In this document: positions 23,513 to 36,028 of the stretch, in pieces | Layout of the letters: every line of letters starts with the position of its first letter | How positions within the stretch are numbered: the first letter of the stretch is position 1 | DNA from: Hemiscyllium ocellatum | Taxonomy: Eukaryota | Direction: 5' to 3' | Assembly: GCF_020745735.1 (NCBI RefSeq) | Contig: NC_083409.1 | Span: 18,000,341-18,064,340 of the forward strand | DNA length: 64,000 nt | Position numbers and translations under genes: made by a program | Notes under the pieces: model-generated | Database searches by the model: none | What the model saw: the letters and a program-made list of their open reading frames with translations, nothing else | Told to the model about the DNA's origin: nothing

Positions 23513-24654
23513 CTGAAAGACAAAAGAAACAATTTTAATCCCTGACATTTGAAGGGAATTCAACCCTCACAATATTCACTGGCAATACGATCTTTTTGAA
23601 CATTCTTAGTCAATACAGAATAAACCCAACAAATGAACAGACACTGTTCAAATTGCTTCTTGCGATCTGAGTGTCACTGACAGGGCCAGCATTCATTACC
23701 GTCCCTAGTTGCCCCTGAGAAGGTGATGGTGAAGCAGCAGAGAGAGAAGGGACAATTTTGGACCATCAGTTATGGAATGAATGTGGGCAGCTGGAAGGGC
23801 TATCGATGGGGGAGCACTTTAGTGACAGCGATCAGAACTCAGTGAGATTGAGAGGAGGGATGGAAATGGAGAACCATGGAGCAAGTGTAAAAGTTTTCAT
23901 TTTACTAAACTGTGCGGTGCTTTGGTAAAAGTGGATCGGAACCAATGGCATGATGGGAAATCAGTGTCAGGGCAGTGGGATCCCTCGAAGGATGAGACAG
24001 ACTGTTCCGAATCTGTTCCCACAATGAGTAAGGGTGGGACTCCCACATCTAGACCAAAGAAACAAGAGGATTGGGGTTCACGTACTGACATGGATTGGGA
24101 ACTGGTTGGCAGGCAGCACAGAAAGAATGAGTCTTTTTCTGAATGGCAGGTAATAACAACTTAGGGTGCCACAGGGTCAGCCCTTGGTACCCAGTTATTC
24201 ATAATAAATAACAATAGAGTCATAGGGGCCCAAAAGACCCATCAGCCCATTGTGTCCATACTGGTCAAAAAACAACAACACAATAATTGTCATCCATTTT
24301 TCCAGCAAAAGGGAATTAGATGCAATGTGTATTTAAGAAGGAATTAGATAAATTCTTAGGATTAAAGGGATCAAAGAATGTGGGGAGAAAGTAGGAACAG
24401 GGGACTGTGTTGGATGAACTGCCATGATCATATTGAAGGGTGGAGCAGGCCTTGAAGGGCCGAATGGCCTACTGCTGCTCCTGTGTTTGATGTTTCTATC
24501 TGTTTCTCAGATAATGAAGGAATGTCTCTCATCATGTTGAAGCTGGAAGTCAGATGGGTGTGGAGGTGGAAGATGTGGCCATGGTGATTAATGCAGGTCA
24601 GTAAGGTGGTTCAGAAGACACATGGGAGAAACTGTTTTTCTTTTTCCCTTAATG

Positions 24655-24975
24655 GAATGAGGGCATTGCTGGATCGGCAGCATTTATTGCCCATCCCTAA
24701 TCACCCAGAGGGCAGTTTAGAGTCACCCACATTGCTGTGGGTCTGGGGTCACATGGTAAGGATGGCAGTTTCCTTCTCTAAAGGACATAAGGGAATCAGA
24801 TGCTTTTCCTGACAATCAACGATGGTTTCATGATCATCATTAGACTCTTAATTGCAGATTTTGTTTGGATTGAATTTGAATGCCACCATCTGCTGGATTC
24901 TAACCCTGGTCCCCAGAACATTACCTGGATCTCTGGATTAATAGCTCAGCAATAACACCATTAGACCATCACCTC
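24655..24975 (-). mobile_element. tRNA-derived SINE (non-HE1 family)
   Basis: The reverse complement begins GGAGGTGATGGTCTAATGG (A-box-like) and includes GGGTTAGAATCC (B-box-like). Confidence 0.6.
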
Positions 24976-25839
24976 CCTTATCTCATTTTTGGTTGACTGT
25001 GAAAGCAAGGTGTTTGTTTATTCTGGAACTGTATAAAACCCCAGTTAGAGCACAGTGAGAGAACTGTGTACGGTTCTGGTCACCACATACAGGAAGGATG
25101 TGATTCCATTCGAGATGGGGACAGAGGAGGAGTTTGTCTGGAATGGGGACTTTGAGCTTTGCGGAATGATTGGATTGGCTGGGACTGTTTTCTTTGGAAC
25201 ACAGGAGGCTGAGGGGAGATTTGATGGTGGTGTGTAAAATGATGAGGGGCCTGGACCGAGTGGGTAGGAAGGACTGATTTCCACCAGCACAGAGGGCAAT
25301 AACCATGGGGAGAGATTGAAATCAGTTGGGGCAGGATTAGAGGGGGGTTGAGGGTCTTTGTTTTCACCCAGAGCTTGGTGGGATGTGGGACTCACTGTCT
25401 GAAAGGGTGGGAGAGGCAGAAACCCTCATCACATTGAAAAAACACTTAGATGTTCACTTGAAACAGCAAAACTTCCAGAGCTATGGAGCAAGAGCTGGAA
25501 AGTGGGATGGAGCGTGGTATCTCTTTAACAAACCTCCGATTACCCACAGATCAGGAGAACTTTATCCAAAAACATTGGAGAAGACTCGGATCCACACACG
25601 TCAGGAAAGAATCACGTTGGGGTGTCTGAGTAGAAGATTCTAGATTATATTTCAAACCTTGCTGCACACTATTGGGCTGAGGTCAAGGGTGAGGCTGCAA
25701 AGTGTCTCAGTGTCCTAGAGTCAGACAGGGTCACTGCTCCTAATGACCCCGTGACTCCTGGAAGGTGAGAGTGCACAGACAATGGATGAGGATCCAGATC
25801 AGGAGACTCCAACCCTTAAAGAAAGACTTGCATTTGTGT

Positions 25840-26040
25840 AGCACCTGTCCCCAACTCAGGGTGTCCCACTGGATCTTTCCAGCAGACTGTGCACAGCGAG
25901 ATCCCAAACACCATGTGATAATTAGCAGAGAAATACATTCTGAGTGATTTTGACTGGGGGATAAATATTGACCAGGGACACCAGGGGGAACTGCCTGCTC
26001 TTCATCCAATAGTGCCGTGGAATGGCATCTTTCACAACTG
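25840..26040 (-). mobile_element. Deu-domain SINE fragment
   Basis: The reverse complement contains GGCACTATTGGATGAAGAGCAGGCAGTTCCCCCTGGTGTCCCTGGTCAATATTTATCCCCCAGTC, related to 8290-8455. Confidence 0.55.
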
Positions 26041-26059
26041 AAAGACTCTCAGTTATTCC

Positions 26060-26735
26060 AAAAAATGAAGAATAGTTCCTTGAAGATGAAGTTGCAGGTA
26101 CATAGGGAAGTGACAAAGTTATTTGGTTTGCTTTCCTTTATTTGTCAGTGCATTAGGTATTGGAGTTGGGAGCTGTTGCGGCTGTACAGGACATTGGTTA
26201 GGGCACTTTTGGAATACTGTGTGCAATTCAGTTCTCCTTGCTGTAGGAAAAATTTTGCGAATCTTAAAATGATTTACAAGGATGATGCCAAGGTTGGAGG
26301 GTTTGCATGAAAAGGAGAGACTGAATAGGCTGAGGCTGTTTTTCCTGGATCATTGCATGTTGATGGGTGACCGTATAGAGGTTTATAAAATCATGAGCGG
26401 CATAGATAAGGTGAATAGAGAAGATTTTTTCTCCAGAGTTGGGGAGTCCAGAACTGGAGGGCATAGGCTGAAGGTGACAGGGGAAAGATTTAAAAGGGAC
26501 CTAAGGGACGTTTTCAATCAGAGGGAGTTAAATGTATGGAATGAGCTGCCAGAGGAGGTGGTGAAGGCTGGGACAATTACAACATTTAAAAGACATGGGT
26601 ATGTAAATAGGAAGATGTTAGAGGGATATGGGCCAAATGCTGGCAAGTGGGACTAGATTAATTTCGGATATCTGGTCAGCATGGACGAGTTGGACCAAAG
26701 GGTCTGATTCTGTGCTGTCCATCCCTCTGACTCTA
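26060..26735 (+). mobile_element. CR1 3' end
   Basis: ELLRLYRTLVRALLEYCVQFSSPCCRK...RLNRLRLFFL...DRIEVYKIMSGIDKV...WNELPEEVV, followed by the 3' tail. Confidence 0.9.
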
Positions 26736-27049
26736 ATTGTATTTCAATCCAGCCCTTAACACATCAGGCTCTCCCAAAGACATTTACAGACAGTTTTGTT
26801 TGACAAGCAGTCACTGTTGCAATGTCAGTAACGTGGCAGCCAGTTTCTGCACAGCAAGATCCCACTAGAAGCAATGAGATCAAAGACCAATAATGATGTT
26901 GGCTCAACGATAAATATTGGCCTGAACTCAACCCAAAGAGAAAGGAATTTGGTTCAGTTGGATGGAAAATGAGAAAATGGAAGGTAAAGGAGAAGGTAGG
27001 ATTGCTGGTTAGTGATGGGATTGATTGTTACCAGAAAATAAAAGAAAGG

Positions 27050-29865
27050 GATGGAATTTTTGAATATCAAAGGGATCATAAAAGTGCAGGGAAAATCAAC
27101 AATAGAACAAACTTAAAGAGTTTGTATCTAAATGCACAAAGCATTCTGAGTAAGGTTGACAAAGTGATGTCACAATTCCAGGTAAATTGAGTTTCCAAGG
27201 AATTTAAACTAAAGTTGAGGAGGGCTCAGGAAAGGTTATTCAAGTTTCTAGAAGATGTAAAAGGACAGAGAGTACAGAAAGGATCAGGAATCGAACATAA
27301 AGCACAGCAGATAAGGGGACAATGATGGGAAGGAGGGCAATCAATGCAGGACTGAGGGTGTTGTACTTAAATGCACACAATATACACAATGGGCTTGTAG
27401 TGCAGATTGAAACTGGCAGGTCCGATGTTGTGGGTATCACAGAGACATGGCTGTAAGGGAATTCGGGCTGGGAACTAAATATTCAAGGATGCATGTCCTA
27501 TCAAAAGGACAGGCAGATGGGCAGAGGGGGAAGAGTTGCCTTGTTAGTGAGAAATGAAATTAAATCAATAGCAAGAAGTGATGTAGAGTTAGAAGGTGTA
27601 GAATCTGTGTGGGTAGAGCTGAGGAACTGCAATAAATAAAGAATCTGATGCAAGTTATGTCCAGGTCTCCAAGCAGTGACCAGGGTGTGGGGAAGGAAAT
27701 CAATTAGGAGACAGAAAATGTCAGGGCAGACTTCAATGGATAGGTGGGCTGGGTAGTGTATCTCAAGGAAAGGATTTCATGGAATGTCGATGATTTTGGA
27801 GCAGCTTGTGGTTGAGCCATTATGGAACTGGCAGGTCTGGATTCAGTGATGTGTATTGAGGCAAACTTGATTAGTCAGTTTAAGGTGAAAGTATCCCTGT
27901 GGATAAATGACCATAATACGATAGAATTCCCCCTGTAGTTTGAGAGGGAGAAGCTGCAATCAGATTGAACAGTATTTCAGTTGAGTAAAGGTAACTCAAT
28001 GTGGTGGAGAATAGTGGGAAGCCCGAGAATTAGGGAGCCTTTAAAAACCTGCAGAGGATAACTAAAAAAGCATTAAGGGTGGAGAATGTGAAATGTGGGA
28101 GTTATCTAGCCAGTAATATAAAAGAAGATTGCAGGAGTTTTATCAGGTGTATAAAAAGGAAGAGGGAGTCAAAAATAGACTATGGATCACTGGAAAATGA
28201 GGCTGGAGAAAGAATAACAGGAAATGAAGGAATAGCAGAGGAATTGAATAGATATTTTGCCTCAGTCTGCACCATGGAAAACACCAGCAGTGTCCCAGTA
28301 ATTCAAGACTGTCAGGGGTCGGAGGGGAGTGTAGTGGCCATCACTAAGGAGGAGGTACTGGGGAAGCTGAAAGGTCTGAATATGGATAACGCACCCAGAC
28401 TGGATGAACTACACCCATGTGTTCTGAAGGAGATCACTGAGGAGATTGTGGAGGCATTGGTGATGATCTTTCAGTAATCAATGGAGTCAGGGTATGGAGG
28501 TGAGATGGGGACGGATTTGGTGGGGGCAAGGGACAGGAAAATGGCTCACATACCACCCCTGTTTCAGAAGGGAGGGAGGTAGAAGATGGGACATTATCGG
28601 CCAGTTAGCCAGGACTCAGTTGTTGGTAAGGTTTTAGACTTCAATTTAAGGATGAAATTGCAGAGGATTGGAAGTGCAATGGCTTCATCAAGGAGACGTC
28701 ATGCCTGGCAAATCTGTTAGAATTCTTTGAGGAGGCAATGAGCCAGTCAGACAAAGGAGAGTCCGAGGAAGTAATCTCTTTGGATTTCCACAAGGCATTT
28801 GACACAAGATAAGCGCCCACAGTATTAGTGGCAATGTAGTGGCATGGATTGAAGACTGGCAGGTTGGCATAAAGCAGAGCATGAGGAACAATGGCCGTTG
28901 GTGACTAGTAGAGTTCTGCAGTTGTCAATGTTATGGCCATAACTATTCACGTTATACATTAACAATCTGGATGAAGGAAGTGAAGACATTGTTGCTAAGT
29001 TTGCACGTGACATGAGATAGGTGGAGGGACAGGTAGTGTTGAGGAAGTGGGAAGGCTGTAAAAGCTCCTGGATAGGCTCGGAGAGTGGGCAAAGAAGTGG
29101 CAGACAGAATACAATGTGTGACAGTGTGAGGGTGTGCACTTTGGGAGGAAGAAGAGATGCAAAGACTGTTTGCTAAATAAGGAAAGCTTTTGGAAATTTA
29201 AAGCACAAACCTCATTCAGGTTTCCCTTCAGTTTAACAGGCAGGTCCAGTTTGTGCTTGGGAAGGCAAATGAAATGTTCGCATCCATTTCAATAGGGCCA
29301 GAATACAAGAGCAGAGATGTACTGCTGAGGCTGTGTAAGGCTCTGGTCAGACCACATTTTGAATATTGTGAGCAGATTTGGGACCCATATTCTAAGAAAC
29401 AATGTGCTGGCATTGGAGGGGTTTACAAGAATGATCCTGGGGATGAAAGGCTTGTCATATGAGGCTTGGTTGAGGACAGTGTCTGTACTCGATGGAGTTT
29501 AGAAGAATGAGGAGGGATCTGATTGAAATTTGCAGAATACTGATCGGCCTGGATAGAGTGGATGCAGGACAGACTCGGGAACCAAGGCACAGCCTCAGAA
29601 TGAAGGGCCGACCCTTTTGAGCTGAGGTGAGGAGGAATTTCTTCAGCCAGAAGGTGGTGAATCTGTGGAACTCATTGTTACAGAGGGCAGGGGAGGCCAA
29701 GTCACTAAGTGTATTTAAGACAGAGATAGATAGGTTCGTGATTGTGAAGGGGATCGAACGTTCCTGTGGAGTAGGCAGGAGAATGGGGGTGAGAAGCATA
29801 TCTGCCAAGATCAAATGGCAGAGCAGATTCAATGGGCTGAATGGCTGATTTCTGCTCCTATTTCT
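27050..29865 (+). mobile_element. Degenerate CR1 LINE (APE and RT)
   Basis: LYLNAQSI, GITETWL, YFASVCT, DELHPCVLKEITEEIVEALVMIFQ and LRLCKALVRPHFEYCEQIWDPY motifs in order. Confidence 0.85.
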
Positions 29866-32556
29866 TAAAGACTTCTGGAGAGTTTCCCCAAAACCCTGGA
29901 ACACTGAACCCACTGGACTGTGAGCCCTGCTGGAGCTGTTTGTCATCAGAACTTTGCCAAGAGACAACCAAAGAGTGGAGAGAGTGTGCATCCATGTGGG
30001 AATTTCAGAATGTTTCCCAGCTCCTGGAATACCATGAGTACAGGAAGTGAAGTCTGTGACAGCAGTTAGAGCTGTGGGTTTTGGAGCTTGAGCAGCAGCT
30101 GGTGTCAGTGCGGAGCGTCTGTGAGGCTGAGAGCTCCGTGGAGAGCACGTTTCTAGATGTGGTAACTCTGCAGCCTCAGAGTATGCAGGGAGAGAGGGAA
30201 TGGGGGAGCAGCAGACAGTCCAAAAGGATCAGGCAGCTAGTATAGGAGTCCCCAGGCATCCCACTCTCCAACCAGGATACAGTTCAGAATCCTGATGAGA
30301 ATGATGGTTCATCTGGGGAGTGCAGCCAGAGCCAAGTCCCTGGCATCACTGGTGACTCAGCTATAATGGGGGGTTGCCGGGGCGGTGGTGGGGGGGGGGG
30401 GGGGGTGTGGGGGTGAGGGGTGGTGGGGTGGTATTAGCAAGACTGGAAGAGTGATCGTAAAAGGAGATTTGAGACTGAGGGCATCGATAGGTGTTTCTGC
30501 AGCTGCAGATGGGAATCCAGGATGGTGTGTTGTCTCCCTGGTGCCAGCGTCAAGGATGTCACTGAGCGACTGCAGAGCACCCTGAGGGGAGAGGGGGAAT
30601 AGGCAGCAGTCGTGGTCCACATCGGTCCCAGTGACAGAGGGAGAAAAGGGATGTAGTCCTGCAGTCAGAATTTAGGGAGCTCAGAAGGGAAATAACATCA
30701 GGAACTCAAAAGTAGGAATCTTCAGGTTACTCCCAGTGCCCCAGGCAAGTGACAAGAGGAGCAGGAGGATAACACAAGTGACTGTGGGGCTGGGAAGAGG
30801 ATCCAGGAGGGAGGGTTTTAGATTCTTGTGACATTGGGACTGGGTCTGGGGGAGATGGGACCTGGATAGACCAGACAGCGTTGCTCCTGAACAGAGCTGG
30901 CACTGAGCTCCTTTGAGGTGATCTACTCGTGCTGTTGGAGAGGGTTTAAACTAACTTGGCAGAGCTGTGGGAGTCAGGAGGGACTGTCAGAGAGGAACAC
31001 CAAGGTCCACAGAATCATCAGTGCAGTCAATAAGTCACCACCCAATGGGAAGGATTTAGAGGAATACATTTGCAAGGAATTTACAGTGACCTGCAAATAT
31101 AATAGTCATTACAAATGGGGTTGGGGGGGGGTGGAATTTCTTTAATTTCTGAATATAGACTGGGGTAGTAGCAGTGTGAAGGACAGAGGGGCCAGAGTCG
31201 TGAGAGTGTGTTCATGTGAATTTTCTCCAGCTGCATGTTTCCAGTCCAATGAGAAAGGAGGCTCTGCTAGATCTGGATCTTGGGAATGAGGAGGCCCAAG
31301 TGGATCTCGTGTCAGTGAGAGGACACTTAAGGAAGAGTGATCATTGTATCACAAAGTTGAGGGTGACGGTAGAAAAGAACAAAGGCCTTTTCAGGGTTAA
31401 ACATCTTCACTGGGGAAAATGCCAGCTTCTATAGGAGATGGATGTCTCAGATCTGAATAAAGTGGGATCAAAGGTTGGCAGGAAAGTCCTGAAAAGAATA
31501 GTAGAGGATGTGGACCAGGTATATTCGAGACACATTTGAAGGAGGGCAAACAATTCCTGAACTTACTCAAGGGCAAAAGTGGTAGAATTATGGTAAATAA
31601 GAAAAGGGCAAAAGAGTAACTAGAGAGAGAATAGGGCCCCATGAAGATGAACAATGTACCTCTGGGTGGATCCACAAGAAATGGTTTAGGTCTTAAATGA
31701 ATATTCCAGGTCAGTATTTATCATGGAGAAAGACATGGAAATTTGGGAACTTGGGAAATAAATAGTAATGTCTTGACACAAGTCCACATTATAGAAGAAG
31801 ATTTCTTAAAGTGCAAGACGGTAGATAAATCTCCAGGACCTGATCAGGTGTATCCCAGGACATTGTGGAAAGCGAGGAAAGAGATGGCTGGACCCCTTGC
31901 TGAGGTATGTTTCTGATTGACAGCCATGAGTGAGGTTCTGGAGAACCAGAGAGGTTGGCTAATGTTAGCCATTATTTAAGAAAGGCTGTAAGGAAAAGCC
32001 AGGGAAATATAATCCAGTGAGCCTGAAGTCATTGCTGGGTAAGTTATTGGAGTGAGTTCTGAGGGACAGGATTTACATGCATTTGGACAATCAATGCAGT
32101 TTTGTGCATGGTAATCATGTCTCACTAACGTGATTGAGGTTGTTTGAAGAGAAGATTGATGTAGGCAGAACAGTACACACTGTCTATATGGACTTCAGCA
32201 AAGCATTTGACAAGGTTCCACATGATAGACTGATTAGTAAGATTAGGCCACATGGGATCCAGGGGGAGCTAGCCATTTGGGTAAAAAAAAATGACTTCAA
32301 GATAGGAGACAGAGAGTGGTGGTAAGTGGTTGCTTTTCAGACTGGAGATCAGATGTCAGCTGTGTGCCACAAAGATTGGTGCTGGGTCCATGGCTTTTTA
32401 TCATTTAAATAAATGATTTGGATGTGAATATAGGAATTATGGCGAGTTTGTAAATGACACCAAAATTGGTGGTACAGTGGATAGTGAAGAAGCTTATCTG
32501 AGAGTACAGTGGGACCTTGATCATTTGGGGAAATGGGCAGAGGTGTGGCAAATGGA

Positions 32557-32768
32557 CAAAAGTGCAGACTGCAGATGCTGGAAACCAGAGTTTAGATCAG
32601 ACTGGTGCTGGAAAAGCACAGCATGTCAGGCAGCATCCGAGGAGCAGAAAAATCGACTTTTCGGCTAGAGGAATACTGATGAAGGGCTTTTGCCCGAAAC
32701 ATCGATTTTCCTGCTCCTTGGATGTTGCCTGACCTGCTGTGCTTTTCCAGCACCACTCTGATCTAAAC
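32557..32768. mobile_element. PLE fold-back with hammerhead core and 14-bp TSD
   Basis: Inverted arms; core CTGATGA-A-GGGC-TTTT-GCCC-GAAA-CATC at 32676-32703; TSD GTGTG(G/A)CAAATGGA at 32543-32556 and 32769-32782. Confidence 0.85.
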
Positions 32769-32896
32769 GTGTGACAAATGGAGTTCAATTTAGATAAATG
32801 TGAGATGTTGCATTTTGGAAAGTCAAACCAGGGCAGGAGTTATACTGTTAATGGTGTGGCCCTGTGGGGTGTTGCTCAACAAAGTGACCTCAGGGT

Positions 32897-32959
32897 GCAG
32901 GGGCAGGGGCAGGGGCAGGGGCAGTGGCAGGGGCAGGAGCAGGGGCAGGGGCAGGGGCA
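32897..32959 (+). repeat. (GCAGGG)n G-rich tandem repeat, about 10 units
   Basis: Direct reading; the repeat has expanded inside CR1 RT sequence. Confidence 0.95.
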
Positions 32960-33850
32960 TTATTCCTTGACAGTGAAGTCACAGGGAGACAGGTAGATGA
33001 AGAAGGTGTTAGGTACACTTGCCTTTATTGGTCACTGCACTAAGTATCAGAGTTGGGACATCATTAACAGCTGTACAGGAAATTGGTGAGGCTATTTTGG
33101 GAATAACGTGGACAATTCTGATCATCCTGTGATAGGAAGGATGCTGTTAAACTTAAAATTCTGCAGAAAAGATTTACATGGATGTTGCCTGGAACTGGAG
33201 GGTTTGAACTGTCGGAAGAGGTTATTTTTCCTGCAGGATCGGAGACTGAGGGGTGGCCTTATAGATGTTTATAAAATCTTGACAGGCATGGACAGGGTGT
33301 ATATCCCAGGTCTTTGCCTTGGGAAAGGGAATGTAAAACTAGAGGGTATAGGTTTAAGATGAGAGGCAAAAGATCCAAAAGGGACCTAAGGGGTAACTTG
33401 TCACACAGAGGGTGGTGCGTGTCCGGATCGTGCTGTCAGAGAAAGTGCTGGAGACGGATACAATTATAACATTTAAAAGATGTTTGGATGGGTACATGAA
33501 TAGGAAGGGTTTAGAGGGATGTGGGCTAAATGCTGGCAAATGGGATGAGGTCAGTTTTGGATATCTAGTTAGCATGGAGGAGTTAGACCGAAAGATCTGT
33601 TTCCACGCTGTCTGACTCTGTGAACATTAGTGGCTGGAAGAGCTGAGATCTTTTACCCTGAAGGGCCGGAGGCTGAGGAGTGACCTTACAGAGGTTTATA
33701 AAATCATGAGGGACATAAATAATGTGAATAATGCAGGAAGGAGGTGAATGCTTTGTAGAGCTGGTAAACATATGCACAAAGATCATTCCAGGGATGAGGA
33801 ATATCAGTTCTGAAGATAGATTGGAGAATTTGGGACTGTCTTCTTTGGAG

Positions 33851-34054
33851 AAAGTTACAGATCACACAACATCAGGTTATAGTCCAACAGGTTGATGTGG
33901 AAGCACTAGCTTTTGGAGCGCCGCTGACAATCATTTGATGAAGGAGGGATGCTCCGAAAGCTGGTGCTTCCAAATAAACCCCCTGTTGGACTATAACCTG
34001 GTGTTGTGTGATTTTTAACTTTGTCCACCCCAGTCCAACACCGGCACCTTCAAG
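33851..34054. mobile_element. PLE fold-back (hammerhead family 2) with 11-bp TSD
   Basis: Inverted arms ~33851-33925 and ~33945-34022; core TTGATGA-A-GGAG-GGATG-CTCC-GAAA-GCTG; TCTTTGGAGAA at 33842-33852 and 34055-34065. Confidence 0.8.
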
Positions 34055-34896
34055 TCTTTGGAGAAGGCAGCGAGGAGAATTGTTCCAGAAATTCAAAATC
34101 AGGAGGGGCCTGGAACAGAGTAAATAGGGAGAAAATGATTCCACTTGTGAAAGGATTGAGACCGAGAGGCCGCAGATTGAAAGTAATTGGAAAAGTAAGA
34201 AAAGTGAGATGAGGGAAAACATTTTCAGCCAGTGGGTGGTTAAGGTGTGGAATGCACTGCCTGAGAGTGTGGTGGAGGCAGCTTCAATTAAAACATTCCG
34301 AAGGGAATGAGACTGTTATCTGAAAAGGAACAATGTGCAGGGTGACAGGGAGAAGGCAGGAGAATGACACTCAGTCAATTGCTCATTCGGAGAGCTAGTC
34401 CAGACAGGATGGACGGAATGGCCTTCTTGTGCACTGTAACAATTCTGTGATTGTGTGATTGAGCAGAGTTAAAGCTGGGGGAGGTGGGAGCTCGGTGTCT
34501 CACTGTGCTGCTGCTGCTGCTGAGGTCAGTGAGATCAGAGACTGGGACAGGGAGCCAGAGCTCACATCAAACTCTGCCCGTGTCCGTCACACTGAGACTG
34601 GCAGGAGGCTACTCACTGATTTCACTCCATGCTGCAGGAATGGGACCACAGGCTGCAAATGGACAGAGCTCCTCCACACGGTGAGTAAAACTTACTGACT
34701 TATATCTTGCTTTTTTTAAAGAGGGCATGAAAGTAAAGAAATACAGCTGGACACCCTGTTCGACACAGTGCTCCTCAATCAACCATTTCATTCACTGCAG
34801 CTTCCCACTAACACCTTCAACAAATCCGCAACTGTATTTTAGAAAGTGTGTTTCAGTATTGAAAGGGTTAATAACAGAGGATTGAGGGTTACTTAC

Positions 34897-34931
34897 TCAG
34901 TCTGAGCTTGGTTCCTTTACCGAACGTAAGC
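34897..34931 (-). CDS. IGKJ: Ig kappa J segment (LTFGKGTKLRL)
   Basis: G CTT ACG TTC GGT AAA GGA ACC AAG CTC AGA CTG A|GTAAGT: FGxG motif and a phase-1 consensus donor. Confidence 0.97.
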
Positions 34932-34970
34932 CACAGTGAGAGCTCCCAGTGCAGAGGCTGTACAAAAACT
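34932..34970 (+). promoter_or_regulatory. 23-bp-spacer recombination signal sequence of J
   Basis: CACAGTG (34932-34938), 23 nt, then ACAAAAACT (34962-34970). Confidence 0.97.
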
Positions 34971-35406
34971 TCAGCTCTCTGCTTCCCTCTTATCACTGTC
35001 AACCTCTCTCTGTCTCTGTGTGTCTATCGCTCACTCTCACCCTCTCCCTGCCCCTCTCTGTCTCTCCCTCATTCATGTGTCTTTCTCTCTCTGTCTCTCT
35101 GGGTTGTTTACAGCTGGGCTCGGGAGGTTTGTGAAATTTATTTTTCGATGTTAAATCTTGAGGCAGCTCTTCACATGTGGCCATGTCGTGTAAGAGGGAA
35201 ACTTGAGGCCTTCAGTGAGCGTTGAGACACCACAGGGACTGGAGTGTGCCGTGGACAGTGGAAATCCCAGTTTGGGGTAATTTGATCAGTTACATTCAGA
35301 TCTAACTGGATATATCACTTCAGGCGGTGAGACTGTGTGTTCATTATTATACATTTTATGCAACTGTGCGATGTGTCAGTCCAGGAGGTGGTGTTGTGCG
35401 TGTTGA

Positions 35407-35434
35407 GGTTTTTGTATGGCTCTGTATCACTGTG
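35407..35434 (-). promoter_or_regulatory. 12-bp-spacer recombination signal sequence of V
   Basis: CACAGTG-ATACAGAGCCAT-ACAAAAACC, a perfect consensus heptamer and nonamer. Confidence 0.98.
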
Positions 35435-35733
35435 TCGAGGGGAGCTGTAATGCTGCTGACAGTAATAGTCAGCGACATCCTCATTCTGAACGTTGCTGAT
35501 TGTCAGGGTGAAACTGGTCCCTGATCCACTGCCGGTGAATCGATCGGAGACTCCTGTGAATCGAGTTGCTGCATTGTAGATCAGGAGAGAGGGTTTCTGA
35601 CCTTCTCGCTGCTGGTACCAAGCAAGGTAGCTGCTAATGCTTTGACTGGCCTTACAGGTGATGGTTGCGGTCTGGCCCAGTCCCACTGACAGCACCGGGG
35701 GAGACTGGGTCATGGTGATGTCCCCACTGATAC
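35435..35733 (-). CDS. IGKV: Ig kappa V exon, unrearranged, open frame
   Basis: Acceptor CCCTCAG|GT, then [52 protein letters not shown]...[33 protein letters not shown], with canonical Cys, Trp and YYC. Confidence 0.98.
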
Positions 35734-35919
35734 CTGAGGGGTCAGAGAGAAACACAGTGAAGTCAGAACTGTCACAGAAAGAGCCGGTCAAATGAGAGAT
35801 TGTTGGAGACTCTGAGCATTCCTCTGGTTTCAGCATTTTCCCTTCAATCACAAGTCAGTGGAATTGGAGTGAAATGGAGAGCAGCTAAAGATTCAAGGTG
35901 GAAGGAGAGAGATTTGTAC

Positions 35920-35968
35920 CTGCGACACAGAATGCCAGGGGCCAGATCAGCTGGATGTGTGAAATCAT
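35920..35968 (-). CDS. IGKV: Leader exon of the kappa V gene (MISHIQLIWPLAFCVA-G)
   Basis: ATG at 35968, 16 codons plus 1 nt, donor GT at 35919-35918, and a 186-nt intron in phase with the V exon. Confidence 0.93.
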
Positions 35969-36028
35969 GGTGTGTGCTCCTGTGCCTGTGCCTGGTTCCT
36001 GATAAACTCTCCCTTCACTGGGCTCTGC

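Larger units (their letters stand above)
29960..33620 (+). mobile_element. Degenerate near-full-length CR1 (ORF1 with SGNH/esterase-like region, APE, RT)
   Basis: MWEFQ..., VIVKGD..., frameshifted CLPGARVKDV-like region, TVYMDFSKAFDKVPHDRLISKI, MEFNLDKCEMLHFGKSN, and a 3' tail. Confidence 0.85.

Noticed and set aside
32778-32996. GQGQGQ-repeat peptide
   Set aside because: Translation of the (GCAGGG)n expansion inside a dead CR1.
34501-34507. Lone CACAGTG heptamer (Ig-sense) in the J-C intron, reminiscent of the mammalian intron RSS used with the kappa-deleting element
   Set aside because: No nonamer at 12 or 23 nt. Heptamers 3' of C (21586-21592, 22373-22379) have at best 4-5/9 nonamer matches, and isolated heptamers are expected by chance at this frequency.
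34764-34770. CACAGTG near the J donor as a possible second J RSS
   Set aside because: No nonamer and no FGxG-coding segment next to it.
35315-35851. 178-aa ORF taken as the V protein
   Set aside because: It runs through the leader intron and past the RSS. The real coding part is 35435-35733, spliced to 35920-35968.
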